Assembly (NCBI RefSeq): GCF_024521635.1
Contig: NW_026250415.1
Coordinates: 868,001-932,000, forward strand
DNA from: Tricharina praecox
Taxonomy: Eukaryota
Direction: 5' to 3'
DNA length: 64,000 bases
A model generated the notes under the pieces. It ran no database searches. It saw only the letters and a program-made list of their open reading frames with translations, and was not told the origin of the DNA. A program made the translations under genes and the position numbers. Below are positions 39,772 to 52,350 of the stretch, piece after piece; the stretch's first letter is position 1; the number at the start of each line of letters is the position of its first letter.

Positions 39772-42105
39772 ATGTCGACGCAAATCCCCGGCACTGCGCC
39801 GCCCGGCGATCCGTCGAAGCCGTCCCTCGGTCTCATCAAGCGCCGCGAAGGAGCCGCAAACCCACTCGTCCGCCGAGGGCCGCGCGGGCGCCCAGCACCC
39901 GGACTTTCGCGCCCGACGCCTCGCACATCCGCCACACCTCCCGCCGGCGGCCCTTCGAACGCAGCTTCCACAAGACCCGGTGTTAAGAGCGAACCGGCGC
40001 TAGAGCCGGATTGGCAAGAATTCAAGCTCACGACGACGAAGCGCGAGATCTTGGCGGGCTACAGACACCATGTCATGCGCCTGCAGAGCAAGCGTCTGGT
40101 TAATCCTATGAGCCCCGACGAGTTTACGATGCCGGTGCGACTACATCGCCGCGATCCTAAGGCGCCGCTGCAGGGTGGGAAGGAGCAGAGGATGCATGAG
40201 CAAGCGGCGACGGACAAGGCGAACGAAGGCGAGGATCCTGCTGCGGCAGAGGAACGCGCGAAGAAGGAGGCGCTGAAGGCAGCTCAGCAGGAGAAGATTG
40301 CGCCATACGGCGGTGCACAGAAGCAGAAGAAACAGACGTTCAAGAAAAAGACACAGCAGGTGTTCAAGCAGAACGAGGCGGATAAGAAGTTGCGATATGA
40401 GGAATACTTTCCGTGGCATATCGAGGACTTCGACAACAAGAATACGTGGCAAGGACAGCTGGAGAATCCGCTGAGCGGTGGCACCTTTGCTATGTTTGTA
40501 CTTGACGAAGGAGCTTTCAAGATGGTGCCCATTGAGAAGTGGTACAAGTTTACCGAGAAGAACAAATTCCAAACCTTGACCATCGAGGAAGCCGAGAACA
40601 TGATGAAGAAGTCTAACAAGGCTCCTCGGTGGCTCATGAAATTGACCAGAGAAGACGAGAAAAAGCAGGAGAAAGAAGAGAAGGAGAGGAATTATAGCGC
40701 TTTCAACGGACTGCGCACTCGGAAGGGTGGTAGACTGGACAGTATCTTGCCTAAGTCTGAGACGGCGGATGCGGACGACCTTGACTTTGACGACGATCGT
40801 TTTGCTGATGACGAAGAGGCACCTGTTATGGAGGGCGAGGAACAGGAAAACAAAGAGATCGAAGTATGTTATTTCCTGCCTAATGCGTTTATCTTGCTCG
40901 GGTTCTAAACTGCTACACAGAAACGCATCAAGAAGGAACAGTTGTCTGCCAATGTCTTCGACACCCGCGATGAGAAGGAATACGACGAAGAAGAGAAAGA
41001 ACGTAAACGGCTTGAACGTTTGCGCAACAAGCAGGGCAAGAAGGTCAGGAAAGCTTTGATGAATCGCGAAGGAAATTACACGTACGAGACGGACTCCGAC
41101 GGCAATCCTTATGCTTCATCTGTGAGTAACATTGTCCCTCACTTCTTGTTTTGAGTCCGAAATTAACCAGTCGTAGAGCGAGGACGAGGACGAAGAAGAG
41201 CTTGCCCGCAAGGAGGAGGAGCGTAAAAAGGAGGAGGAACGCAAGAAAGAAGAGGAGCGCAAGAAAGAAGAGGAGGGTAAGAAGCCTGAAGGAACTAAAG
41301 AACAGGACATGGACAAGAAGCCGGCGCTTCCTCTTGTCCCGGAGTCCAAGGCCAAAACATCTCCTGCGAAGAAACAGGCCCAACCTCCAGCCGGCGACAA
41401 GCTTCCAGGATCGAACAAGCGGACCGGCTCGGCGGACCTCTCGGAATCTGGAAACGAAAAGGCGCGCAAGAAGCCAAAGAAGAACCAGCCGCTTTCAGGT
41501 ATCGCCGCGCCAAAATCATCTGCTACGGCATCAGGATCAGGTCAGGACCAGAAGCTTGTCAAGCTCAAAGTGCCACCCGAAAAGTTTTCTCAGATCATAT
41601 CGTTAACACCTTCTCCAGTGCAACCAAAGAAGCGCAAAGCTGTGGCCGAAGGTGGAAGTAGGAGCGGTGACGATACTGCCGGTGAGATGTCGGATACGAA
41701 CGGTGGCAAAAAGCCGCGTATGAAGCTTGTCGCTGGTCGTTCTCTCTCCCCGAATGCGGCCAACTCTCGACAAGCTTCACCTGTCCCCGCCGCAGCCAAG
41801 TCCCGTGCTGGCTCGCCTAATGCGCCTGCTGATGCTGCCCGCCCTGGTAGTCCTGCTGTCCCTGCAGGTATGAAGAACGTCCATTAAAGCACGAACATAG
41901 CTGACTGAAAGCTTTAGTACCCATCTCTGATGCGGAGATCCTGGCAGTTATCGGACCCGAGGGAACTACCACTGCGGCCCTTGCTGGACTGTTCAAATCG
42001 AGGTTGGCGGACAAGGACGTCAAAGCTCAGTTTGTTGTCAGTTTGAAGAGGCTGGTTGAGACGAAGGGTCCCACGAAGCTCCTCTTCAAGAGGAAGGGCT
42101 TGTAG
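39772..42105 (+). CDS. TFG1: Transcription initiation factor TFIIF large (alpha) subunit, 4 exons
   Basis: PVRLHRRD, KLRYEEYFPWHIEDFDNKNTWQG, FKMVPIEKWYKFT, TLTIEEAE, DDLDFDDDRFADDEE. Confidence 0.92.
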
Positions 42106-42525
42106 ATTGGGAATCCCGCATGGATTGTAGAGGTGTGATTGGTGTTCTTTCTTTTGAGCTCTTTGCATGATGGATTCGCAGGCTTTTGGCAGACAGGCAA
42201 TAAGATAGGATGACAGGTAGTACATAATATTTGTTGTACGGCTTGCATGATTACCTTAGGGACTTTTTTCCGACTAGATGTTGACAATGAAACATACTCC
42301 TCGCAGTAATTAGAGTAGCGACCGCTCTAGCTGGAATTTCTAGGGTAGAGCTTTCCTCCCTGTCCACTGAGCCGCAGCTTAAACTAAACCCCACCACACC
42401 CTCGCGTCCCATCCAAACACCCTACAAGCCGTGTAACCGTTGTAGGAACTCCACAATTCCCAGTCACCAATACATTGCATCACATATCAACAACCTTCCC
42501 CATCTTCAATAAAACACCTCCAATC

Positions 42526-44404
42526 ATGGCGCCGCAAGAAGAATCCAAGCTCGTCACCGCTACCGACGAGACCACAACAGCCCCTGAAGTCGCCGAGGTC
42601 GAAGCTTCCGGCGACGAAGAGGATGTCGACGCAGCTGACGACGCCAATCCCTCCGGCTCCGCCTCCGCTACGAAGAAGAAGAAGAAGAAGAAGAGCAAGG
42701 GAAAGAAGACAGTTTCTTCGGCTGTTGCTGCCGCTGCCGCCGAGACTCTGCCCAAGGAGGTCATTGATGATATCGTCAAGCAGAACCCTGCGTTGGCCAG
42801 TGAGCTACAGGGTCTCGACGAGAACCAGATTAGCGAATTGGTCAGGAAGATGAAGCTTGAGGAGATCTTGACGGGGATGGTGAGTTTCATTGATCATTTG
42901 ATGGGTAAAATTTGGAGTGAGATAGGGGGCTGACGCGGTTGATGGCATAGTCTTCGGGTGGAAAGAATCGGAAGGATATGGCGAGCTATAAATTCTGGGC
43001 TACACAGCCAGTGTCGAGATTCGGTATGCGATGCGACGTGAGAACTGTTTGTGGGATGCATTGTGCTGATAGACATGGGGTTTCAGATGAACCGGAAGTA
43101 GAGCTACCGGACGGCCCCATACGCCCGACGAACCCTGAGGTTGTTCCTACCGAAGGAGCAGCCCTTCTGGAGGGCTTCGAATGGGTTACCGTGGATCTCA
43201 TGGATGACGCGCAGGTAACGGCTGCATTGCCCCTGTACCCTGCGGGCTGACTGACGATTGTTTGGTTATTGGGTAGATGACCGAAGTGTACGACCTCCTG
43301 ACCGGCCACTATGTCGAAGACCAGGAAGCTATGTTCCGCTTCAACTACTCCAAGTCGTTCCTCGACTGGGCACTCAAGGCCCCCGGCTGGCTCAAGGAGT
43401 GGCATGTCGGAGTCCGTGTCGTTACCACCGGGAAGCTCGTCGCCTTCATTTCCGGAATTCCCGTCAACGTCCGTGTCCGTGAAAACACCATCAAGTGCTC
43501 CGAGATCAACTTCCTCTGCATCCACAAGAAACTCCGCTCGAAACGGTTGACGCCCGTCCTGATTAAGGAGATCACCCGTCGCTGCAATGTCGAGAAGATT
43601 TGGAACGCTATTTACACGGGTGGAATCGTCCTCCCCAAGCCCATCAGCACCTGCAGATACTACCACCGCAGCTTGGACTGGCTCAAGCTCCATGAAGTCG
43701 GATTCAGCCCGCTTCCTCCCAACAGCACCAAGGCCCGTCAGATCACCCGCTACCACCTTGGAAACCAGACCAAGACCAAGGGACTCCGCGAGATGAAGAT
43801 CGAGGATATTGACGCCGTGCATGAGCTGCTCGCCCGATATCTCGCGCGCTTCGACATGGCGCCCATCTTTGACAAGGCGGAGATCGAACACTGGTTCTTG
43901 AACGTGGATGGACCTGGACGGGAGAGAGTCATCTGGACGTACGTCGTTGAGGATGCTGCCGGGAAGATCACGGACATGTTCTCGTTCTACTCGCTGGAGT
44001 CGTCCGTCATCGGCAATAAGAAGCACGATACCATCCGCGCCGCGTATATGTTCTACTATGCCACGGAGTCTGCCTTCACCGGTAGCAGGAAGGACCTCAG
44101 AGTTCGATTGAACGAGTTGGTCGCTGATGCGCTGGTTCTCGCCAAGAAGGTCAGTTAGACCCCTCAACGGTCACTCATGTTCGGAATAAACTAACATCTG
44201 ATATAGTTCAACTTCGATGTCTTCAACGGCCTCACTCTCATGGACAATGCCCTCTTCCTCCAGGAGCAGAAGTTCGGCGCCGGAGATGGCCAGTTGCACT
44301 ACTACCTTTTCAACTGGAGAACCGCACACATCAACGGTGGTATCGACAGCAAGAACCAGCCCGATGAGAAGAATGGAAGTGGAGTCGGAATGGTCATGTT
44401 GTAG
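42526..44404 (+). CDS. NMT1: Glycylpeptide N-myristoyltransferase, 5 exons
   Basis: [63 protein letters not shown], terminal VGMVML. Confidence 0.97.
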
Positions 44405-45872
44405 AGTAATCAAAGCTCAACCTTTGTTTCTGTTTTCTGTTTTCCTTTTTTCACAGTGTAAGGGCGGACCGTGGATGGGCTGATAGGACGTCGGGCAACC
44501 CATTCAACAGTAGTGATCTCTTCTTGTTCTACTTCTTGTTGTCATTGGCGGTGTGTATCTTTTCCTATATCAGTATAATACCATTAAATCCCGCGTCTCC
44601 CCATTCCATGCCTATGCTATGCTCGCCGTCTACGAATGGCTGGTCGTGTAGGATCCCATGGTTCATGCATCTCACTGTGCTTCATTCCTACCCATCCATA
44701 GCCATCAGGGAGGGAGCAATCATACTTCTTATACTTGTGCAAATCACACATCTACGGAAGTTGCATACCACCCACATCCCCCCACCCCGCAACCACGCCG
44801 AGCACCCAAGCCAACGCCCATCCCGATTCCCCATCCGGCCCTCCGGTGGTCCCCAAAGGGCCAGCACCAGCACCAGCACCACCGTTAGTTAGCGCCACAC
44901 GTAAGTTCCCTGATGAGTTTCAGGGTCCTCCCGATTCCCGAGCACGGGAAACAGCGCAAACACCTGAGCATAAGCGAGAACAAGTAGCTGGTAACTTCAC
45001 ATCCGTCAACCTTGACGCGAGCACGACGCTGCTGATGGTTTCCTTCAGGACGGAGTGGTTGAAAAGCGTCACGGGCAGGTGCGCTTGCCTACATAGCAGA
45101 GCTATCCGCTCTGATCAGATTGAGGAGCGGGTCGAGGTCTGGAGCGCTTGTTAAATTCGATCGAGCTTATGGTTGATCTAACTACGGTATCTAACTATTG
45201 CGCTTGAATGCGGTCGAATTGATCGGCGATGGTCCGCAAGCTTGGTAACAATGGGATAATCGGGCTTTTCCATATTGACTGTTGTCGTTACGAGGAGTTA
45301 TCGGTGTGGGTGTTGTCGTACTCGTACATATTTACATAGGGTGCCGAAAAACGGTGGCGCCTATTGTGATCCGGGATTGGCTGATAAGATGAGCGAGGTT
45401 GGTACATAGAGTAGCGACGCCGGGGTGGGGGTGGTGAGAAAGTGGTGAGACTCGAGAGAATGGGCAGTGGCCACTGGTCACTGGTGGAGACTGGAGACCG
45501 GAGAAAGGCGGTGATTAATCGGACAGTCTACTGTCTATGTACGAATAGAAATGTCGCTGTGGCGCGTGGCGACCACTGACCACTGAAGATTGGCCATTGG
45601 CCGTTAACTGCCGTAGTTACACCGCATCGAGGCATTCCTGGGGAAGCGATGGCTGGCCAGATGCATGCAGAAACAACAACAAGCAACTTTCCTTGTCGCA
45701 TGGCGTCACCGCATGAATCCCGCGAGCGCGATTGGAAGGTGGACTTTCCGTAGCACGGGATGGGTACCTCGCCCTCCCCTCCTCTCTCCCCTTCTCCTCC
45801 TTCCCCCCCTCCGACCTCTTCCTGCTCCATCGCTCCAATTGCGCGCAAAGCCCACCACAGCCAGACTGCAAA

Positions 45873-48127
45873 ATGGTATCCTTTCGCGCCCTCTTCAGCG
45901 CCTCCGACGGTGCCCGCGGCGGCCGCAATGCTAGGGATGGATTCAGCGAGTCCCTGCTCCCCCACCGCGCTCACAAGGGCGTGCACTCTGCTGTCGATCC
46001 GAAGAGGTATGCGCATGTTTGTTTCGCTGGTTGTGCGGTTGGCGGTGCGCTGATTGCCTGTAACCAGGGTCACGGCGATTGCCCTACGGCTGAAGCATCT
46101 TATTGAGCACGCCGTGCCGTGTGAGCTCAAGGAAACGCAGATCACGAAGCCGCACAGCGAGGTCATCACTCATGGCGTTATCGAGCTGGCGACGGAAGCC
46201 GGTGGCGTCGAGGATAGAGCTTGTGTGGTGTTTTGTCTGCTCATTTGTTTGCGGTGGTTCAAGAGACAGGGTGGGTTCGCCGATCGGCGCGGCTTCGGTT
46301 TCTCTTTCTCTAGATGCTGACCTGACCTAACCGGGTCGATAGCCATCCTGGAGATGTGCGATGCGGATTTGAACGACCTACGGTGAGTCGTATTCTGGAC
46401 ACGAGTGATGGCAAGGTCAAGTGGCTGACGTCCCTCAGTGGCGAGGCGTGTCAAGTCATCGCGAAGGCCATAATCGAGACGAACGAAGATCAAGACTATG
46501 TCTTCCAGGAGATCCTTCTCAAGCGGTACTCTATTCTGCAGAACGGAAAGGAGTCGACTCCCAGCAATGTGATTGAGAAGGCGATTGACCTGCACGCAAC
46601 CAGAGTCATCGGGTCTTCCGGTTTCCAGAAGTGTATCCAGTGGCTCTGGAGAGGGTGGATCGCGCAGGACGTCAATAACCCTATGCAGTTCTCCCTGTAC
46701 AAGAACATGGCCGAGAAGAACTTTTGGGTGCACTTCGATCATGACCGTATCCGCGCCCCGAGGTATCAGAATATGTTCCAAGTCTTCGTCAGCGTTCTGT
46801 ATCTTACGCTCTACACCATTTCTATCAACACCGGTATGTCGCGGTGAGCTGTGCGGAGTATGGTCATGGACTGATTATCTGCGTGTAGTTAATGCTCGTG
46901 GTGATATCGACGTCGAGGAAGCGGTCCTCTATCTACTGACGCTCTCCTTCATTGCCGACGAATTCGGCAAGCTCTGGAAAGTCGGACGCCTTTACATCTC
47001 TTTTTGGAACGTATTCAATACGACATTGTATGCACTTCTCACCATATCCTTCTCCTTCCGTATGGTTGCTCTGGGTCACCCAATGGACTCGGACGCCAGA
47101 CGGGACTACAACATACTTTCGTACAACTTCCTGGCGTCGGCCTCGCCGATGATCTGGTCGCGCATGCTGCTGTATCTCGACTCGATCCGGTTCTTTGGCG
47201 CTATGCTGGTCGTATTGAAGGTTATGATGCTCGAGTCGTTGATCTTCTTTGCGTTACTGTTTGTGGTCATTTTGGGCTTCTTGCAAGGGTTTGTTCCGCC
47301 GACTCCGAAGTGCTGGACGGACTTGGGCTGATCGAGAATAGATTTATGGGCTTGGACAATGCCGACAGCGTCAGGGAGGACACCTACTTCGTCCTCTCGG
47401 CCATGACCAAAGCAATTCTTCAATCTCCAGAATTCGAGGGCTTCGAAAATTTTGGACACCCATTCGGACTGATCCTGTACTACCTATTCACCTTCATTGT
47501 GATGGTAATCCTGCTCAACATCCTGATTGGTAGGTCCCCTATTGCTTCCCATTCACTTCACCATCTGCTAACACTCCCACAGCCCTCTATGGCCAAGCCT
47601 ACAGCGATATAACCGAAAACGCGGTGGACGAGTACCTTGCCCTCTTCGCACACAAAACCCTCCAATTCGTCCGTGCCCCGGACGAAAACGTATTCCTCCC
47701 GCCCTTCAACCTGGTCGAAATATTCGGCTTGATAATACCCTTCGAATGGTGGATGCCCAAGAAGGCCTACGCCAAGCTGAACGACAGAGTCATGGCCGTC
47801 CTGTACTCGCCCTTCCTGCTAATGATCGCCTTGGCGGAGTCCCGCGAGGCCCGCAGGGTCGCCGCGAACCGTGCCGCCGGGAACCCGGACGACGATGAGA
47901 CCGAGGAGTGGGAGGAGCTGCAGGGCGAGGTGGACATGGCTGCCAACGGATGGGCCGAGAGGGTTACGCAGACGGTTCCAGACGTCGAGGAAGATCGGTG
48001 TTGCCAGATGGTGCGCGCACTCGCGAAGGAAGTCGAGGAGCTCAAGAAAATGATTGAAGGCAAGGAGGCGAGGCAGGCAGGAGAGGGCGAGAGGGAGCTG
48101 TTGGCTCTGGAGGAGGCCGAGGAGTAG
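45873..48127 (+). CDS. YVC1: Vacuolar TRP-type cation channel Yvc1, multi-exon
   Basis: ALRLKHLIEHAVPCEL, IEKAIDLHATRVIGSSGFQKCIQWLWRGW, RAPRYQN, FFGAMLVVLKVMM, VILLNILIAL, FVRAPDENVFLPPFNLVE. Confidence 0.93.
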
Positions 48128-48558
48128 CTTTGGAGGGAGCATGGGCGATTTGACGAACATATGATATCATGTCTTTACCTGTTAGTTGTGTGCGAGTAGT
48201 AAAATGGCGACGAATACACGATGGTTCGCTGTTGCTAGCTGTGTTGAGGGGGCTGGGTGGTCTTTGGAATCAGATTTTGTGTTGGTGGTTGATCATCTGA
48301 GTGATTTCGTGTGAATAACTCTGACTGGAGGAGAACGGCTAACCGAAGCGAGTCTGATCTCGTAATCTGAGTTTTCAACTTCGCATGCCGCTACAGACTG
48401 ATGATCTTCGGAGAGTGGGCAGGTTCATCATCGTCGCTTCTACAGATTTCTACAAGTGGAGCAACTGTGATGGATCACTGTCTCCCAGAGGATCCCGTTT
48501 AGGAGCAGACTAGCTAAACCGAGTGATTCCCATGCATGTATGTCTAAACTCCCTTTCT

Positions 48559-48658
48559 CAGCGCCATCAAAGCCACGCAACCCATTCCCGCTCTCGTTCC
48601 TACCGCGCCCAGCGATATCAAAGCCACAAACCCCATTCCATCCTCTTCCTACCGCGCC
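48559..48658. repeat. Imperfect ~50-bp tandem duplication spanning the HEM4 stop
   Basis: CAGCGCCATCAAAGCCACGCAACCCATTCC...TTCCTACCGCGCC followed by CAGCGATATCAAAGCCACAAACCCCATTCC...TTCCTACCGCGCC. Confidence 0.85.
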
Positions 48659-49530
48659 TCCTTCTCCTTCTCCTCCCTCTCCACAAACTCCCTAATCGCC
48701 GTCCACACCCCCTCGGGACTGGGCCTAGCCGCCACAACCTCCGGCCTCCTCCCCAGACTTTCCAGATGCTTCTCCGTGGTCGGCCCAATCGCCGCCCAGA
48801 GCGTCCTTCCCGCGTCCTCCGCCCCCTCCGCCCCCTCCATCCCCCTAACAATCTCAACCGCTTGTTCCGCGCCCGCCGGCGAAAAGACAACTATCCAGCG
48901 CTCCTCCCCCATCCCCTCCATCAGCACCCTCGCAAACTCCCCCGCAAACCCCTCCTCCACTTTCGTTTCATAAACCATCAGCTCCTGCAGCTCCACCCTC
49001 CCCTCCAGGGCCTTCGGAATCCACTCCCCGCGCGCAGCAGAATTACAGAACAGCAGGGGCCTATCCCCCTGCCCCGGCATCTCGCTGCTGTCGCTAGCGT
49101 AGTGCCGTAGTACCACCTCGGCGAGCGCGATCCCCGTCCCGCATCCTTTCCCGTGGATGTTTTCAGCGCGGAAGCCGAGTGCGGCCACGGCAGCCGCCGT
49201 GGCCGGGCCAACGGTGTACACGCTTGTTGACGCGAGGAATGCGTCGGCGGACGCGCGGCCGCAGGGGAGCGTGGATAGTGCCGCAGAGAAAGATGCGACT
49301 GCGCGCTGGGAGGTGATGATGAGGCCACCGTATGGAGACGGCGTGCTGGTTAACAGCGTGCGCAGTGTGGACAGGTTGGTGGGTGTGTGCGAAAGCACGG
49401 GGATGAAGGTGGGGCGTGAGGGGCCATAAGGAAGAGGGTGTGTTGTGAAGTAGGTGAGGTACGGGTCGGTGGGCTGCGATTGCGTCTTGAGCAGGAGGAT
49501 GCGTGTGGGTGTGGGTGTGGGTTGCGACAT
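48649..49530 (-). CDS. HEM4: Uroporphyrinogen-III synthase
   Basis: ILLLKTQSQPTDPY, FIPVLSH, YGGLIITSQRAV, YTVGPAT, VYET, WIVVFSP, AAIGPTT, PSPEG; intronless. Confidence 0.9.
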   Translation of the reverse strand: MSQPTPTPTRILLLKTQSQPTDPYLTYFTTHPLPYGPSRPTFIPVLSHTPTNLSTLRTLLTSTPSPYGGLIITSQRAVASFSAALSTLPCGRASADAFLASTSVYTVGPATAAAVAALGFRAENIHGKGCGTGIALAEVVLRHYASDSSEMPGQGDRPLLFCNSAARGEWIPKALEGRVELQELMVYETKVEEGFAGEFARVLMEGMGEERWIVVFSPAGAEQAVEIVRGMEGAEGAEDAGRTLWAAIGPTTEKHLESLGRRPEVVAARPSPEGVWTAIREFVEREEKEKEAR

Positions 49531-49964
49531 TGTCGTTGTCGTCGGGGAGCAGCGGGGTGGGTTGGTGGGGCTATCCCTGGCACTCACTCACACACGCGAT
49601 GCACATGGCGTCATAACTTTGAGACTCGACAATGGACGGGACGGGCTGGCATCACTAATTTGAGAGCAGAGTAATAATATGGGATTGCAAAAGAAACAAA
49701 GACAAGGACACACCAATCCAACAGACCGACCACTCCCAGCATAGGAAAGCGCCTCCAAAGTCGCTCGCATATCGCACAAAAAAAAGCATCCCAAACCCGC
49801 TGAGGAAAAGAGAGAAAAAAAGAATCAAATCAAATCAATCGAGTAGGTAGCACGAAAGGAAAAAACTCCGAGACATCAAAGGAAAAATGCTGAAGTAGTG
49901 TATCGAGAACAAGATGAGATGAAAACAACAGGGCTTGGAAATGGTAGTTCAGTATGCTTGCGAC

Positions 49965-52350
49965 CTAATGGCCTCCACCCCACACATCGCGCTCGTTCAG
50001 ACTTCCGTATACACCAGTCCCATGTGCCGGACCCGAGCCTCCTGCATCATCGTGATCGTCCTTATTCCATGGCGAATCATCGCTGTAGCCATCGAGTTGA
50101 GGAGGGGAAGAAACAGGAGAAGGACTCTTTGCATCCGCGTCAGCGCCAGAAACATCACCATCTTCGTCTCCAATGCTAAACTTGGTATTGTCGATAGGAT
50201 CGCCTCTGGCTGTGTCTGTCGTAGATGGAGAGTCGACAGGCGGAGATGACGGTTCGAATCCTTCCCGGATCTCTTCGCCAGCTACCTCCGGAGGGTACTG
50301 TCGCACGAAACGCTTGGGCTCCAATTCGTTCCATCCAGGTCCGCCCTCCTTCCTGGCTCTAACACGCTCCGTTTCCTCGGCGACTGTATCTTCCACGACG
50401 AGATCCACAAGCCCGCTCCGTTGAGAGAGTGCCGAAGAAGCCGACGACGAGTGATTGCGGTGAAGAAATGGCTGGCTGGATTCTCCCTTGGACTTTTTCC
50501 TTGGGGAACCCACCGAGGGTGTCCTGGTCCTCGTCTTGGATTTGCCCTTTCTTCCGGTTTCTAGGGTGGGTCGGAGCAGAGCCTGGTTGGTAGCCGTGGT
50601 AATGAGGTCGTCTTGACTGAGGTGGGGATATCCACAGCGGTGGTTGGAGTAGGGTCGGTTTGCCGTGATAACAGGATACTGTTGAAATCAGTCAGTCGGT
50701 GCCAGCGAACTTATAAAACTCGAGGAAAAGAACGCATACGTTGTAATCTCCAAATTCCAGAGACCGAGCACTCTTGTATAGCTTCTCGTCTTCGTCTTCT
50801 ATTTCGGTCCCATCCAAAGCACCGTAATCACCGCCTTTCCATTTACGATTCTCTCCGCTCTCCGCACTCGCTGCCGAAACCGTCCTCTCCGTGCTTGGGC
50901 CGGGACCACTAAGCAGACCAGTGCGTGCCGTGGGTTGCGGTATCCAGTATTTGCCCTTACCACCCCGTTCGTATCTCAAGCCTTCCATCATTCTGGCAAC
51001 CCCAGTGTTGGACTCGGGATGCGACATCACGCCTTCGCTCGAGTCGAAAAGCCGATACTGATACGACTTTCCTTTGAAAGTCTGCTTTGAATCTTCAACT
51101 AAATCACGGATACCGAATGCGTCCCGGAATGCGTAGTAGACTGGGAGGCGCGCAGCAGAGATGGTCTTGTCTGCGTAGTCCTTCCACGAGAAGGCATACC
51201 AATGTGCTATTGCGAACCCTGGAAGCTCGAAACAGATCAAGGTGTCTTGGATTGCTCGGGCAATGTTGTCTGGTGTATAGTAACCGACATCATGAATTAC
51301 GCCGAGCCAAACGAGAATCGATAGGAAGAAGCCTTGCCAGTATGAGGCAAAGATGATGAGCTTGATGCAAAGAAACTGTTTGTAGCACTTTAGCAAAGGG
51401 AGGACAGATGTAGGCAATGCAACCAGGGTCTGTATACCTTTGGTACAGGTCGGAATGGTGTAAGATCCCGGGACATGCACACCCAAAATATTCCAAGTGA
51501 GTACAGACTGACTGAAACAGAAATATTGTAGACGATTCCACTCCAAAAGTATCCACTCTTTAGACCAACGTAACCTTCCTGGTAAGTATCGGTGGCCTTC
51601 ATAATAATCGCAGCCAGGGCCAACGGCGGTTTTAACCATGCATACTGTAGAATGCCGCGTTTTACAGCAAGGAACGTGTGCGGGTCGCTGATGTCCACCT
51701 TGGGAAAGATGTAGTTCATTGGCCAGACATGTTCCTTCGGCGCACGCCCATGCATCATGATGATCAGGGAACGCTCGCCACCGAGGAAGTTGATGAGAAG
51801 TTGGAAGAAGGTGTAGATGGTGAACGCTTCATACATATCGCGAATCGGCTCGACGAATTGCGCCGCAGTCAGGGACATGAGCGAGACCCATGACGAAATC
51901 GCGTAAATGGGGACCATGAGCAGGATACGGACGACATAACGCTGAAGGAGTGGCTTGCGGTAGTTTTTACTGAGCACCTGTCAGTACCGGTACGGAGGAA
52001 GGAGTAGAGCGCGTTGTCGCAAGGGAGGTGGGCGGTATGTACAATTGATACCAAATCGACCTTGTGTATTTGTCAGTGTCCTACGTCATGTGAAGGGGAG
52101 GAGCGGGGAGGGTAGCTGCATACAAACATGACAAAACCGTAGCTACCAGCGAAGCTATTCCGGCGAGGATGATAGCGATGGTGCCTGATCGAAGAAGGTC
52201 GCATCATTAGCTGCGAAGAACGAACGTGGGTCTACCTGGGGCCCGCCCGAGATACGCACTTAGTTTGGTAGTGCCACTTCCACTTCCCAGGGCGGAGGGG
52301 TTGTTGGAGGTCGAAACCGAGAAGGACGAGGGGGAAGCGTAATAATCCAT
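49965..52350 (-). CDS. HFL1: TMEM184 / DUF300 (OST-alpha family) membrane protein, Hfl1-like, multi-exon
   Basis: KNYRKPLLQRYVVRILLMVPIY, YEAFTIYTFFQLL, LGGER, KRGILQY, KFLCIKLIIFASYWQG, FGDYNYPVI; includes an 18-nt exon at 52060-52043. Confidence 0.88.

Noticed and set aside
41168..41176. Alternative CAG acceptor in TFG1 intron 2 that would introduce TCG TAG (a stop)
   Set aside because: The CAG abuts the branch point (ATTAAC) and is too close to be used; the downstream TAG is the likely acceptor.
42986..44167. 393-aa antisense ORF
   Set aside because: It mirrors NMT1 exons; biased codon usage removes antisense stops, and it has no recognisable domain.
44910..44952. CTGATGA...GAAA, a possible hammerhead ribozyme core
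   Set aside because: No stem II closes between CTGATGA and GAAA, and no matching stems I and III were found.
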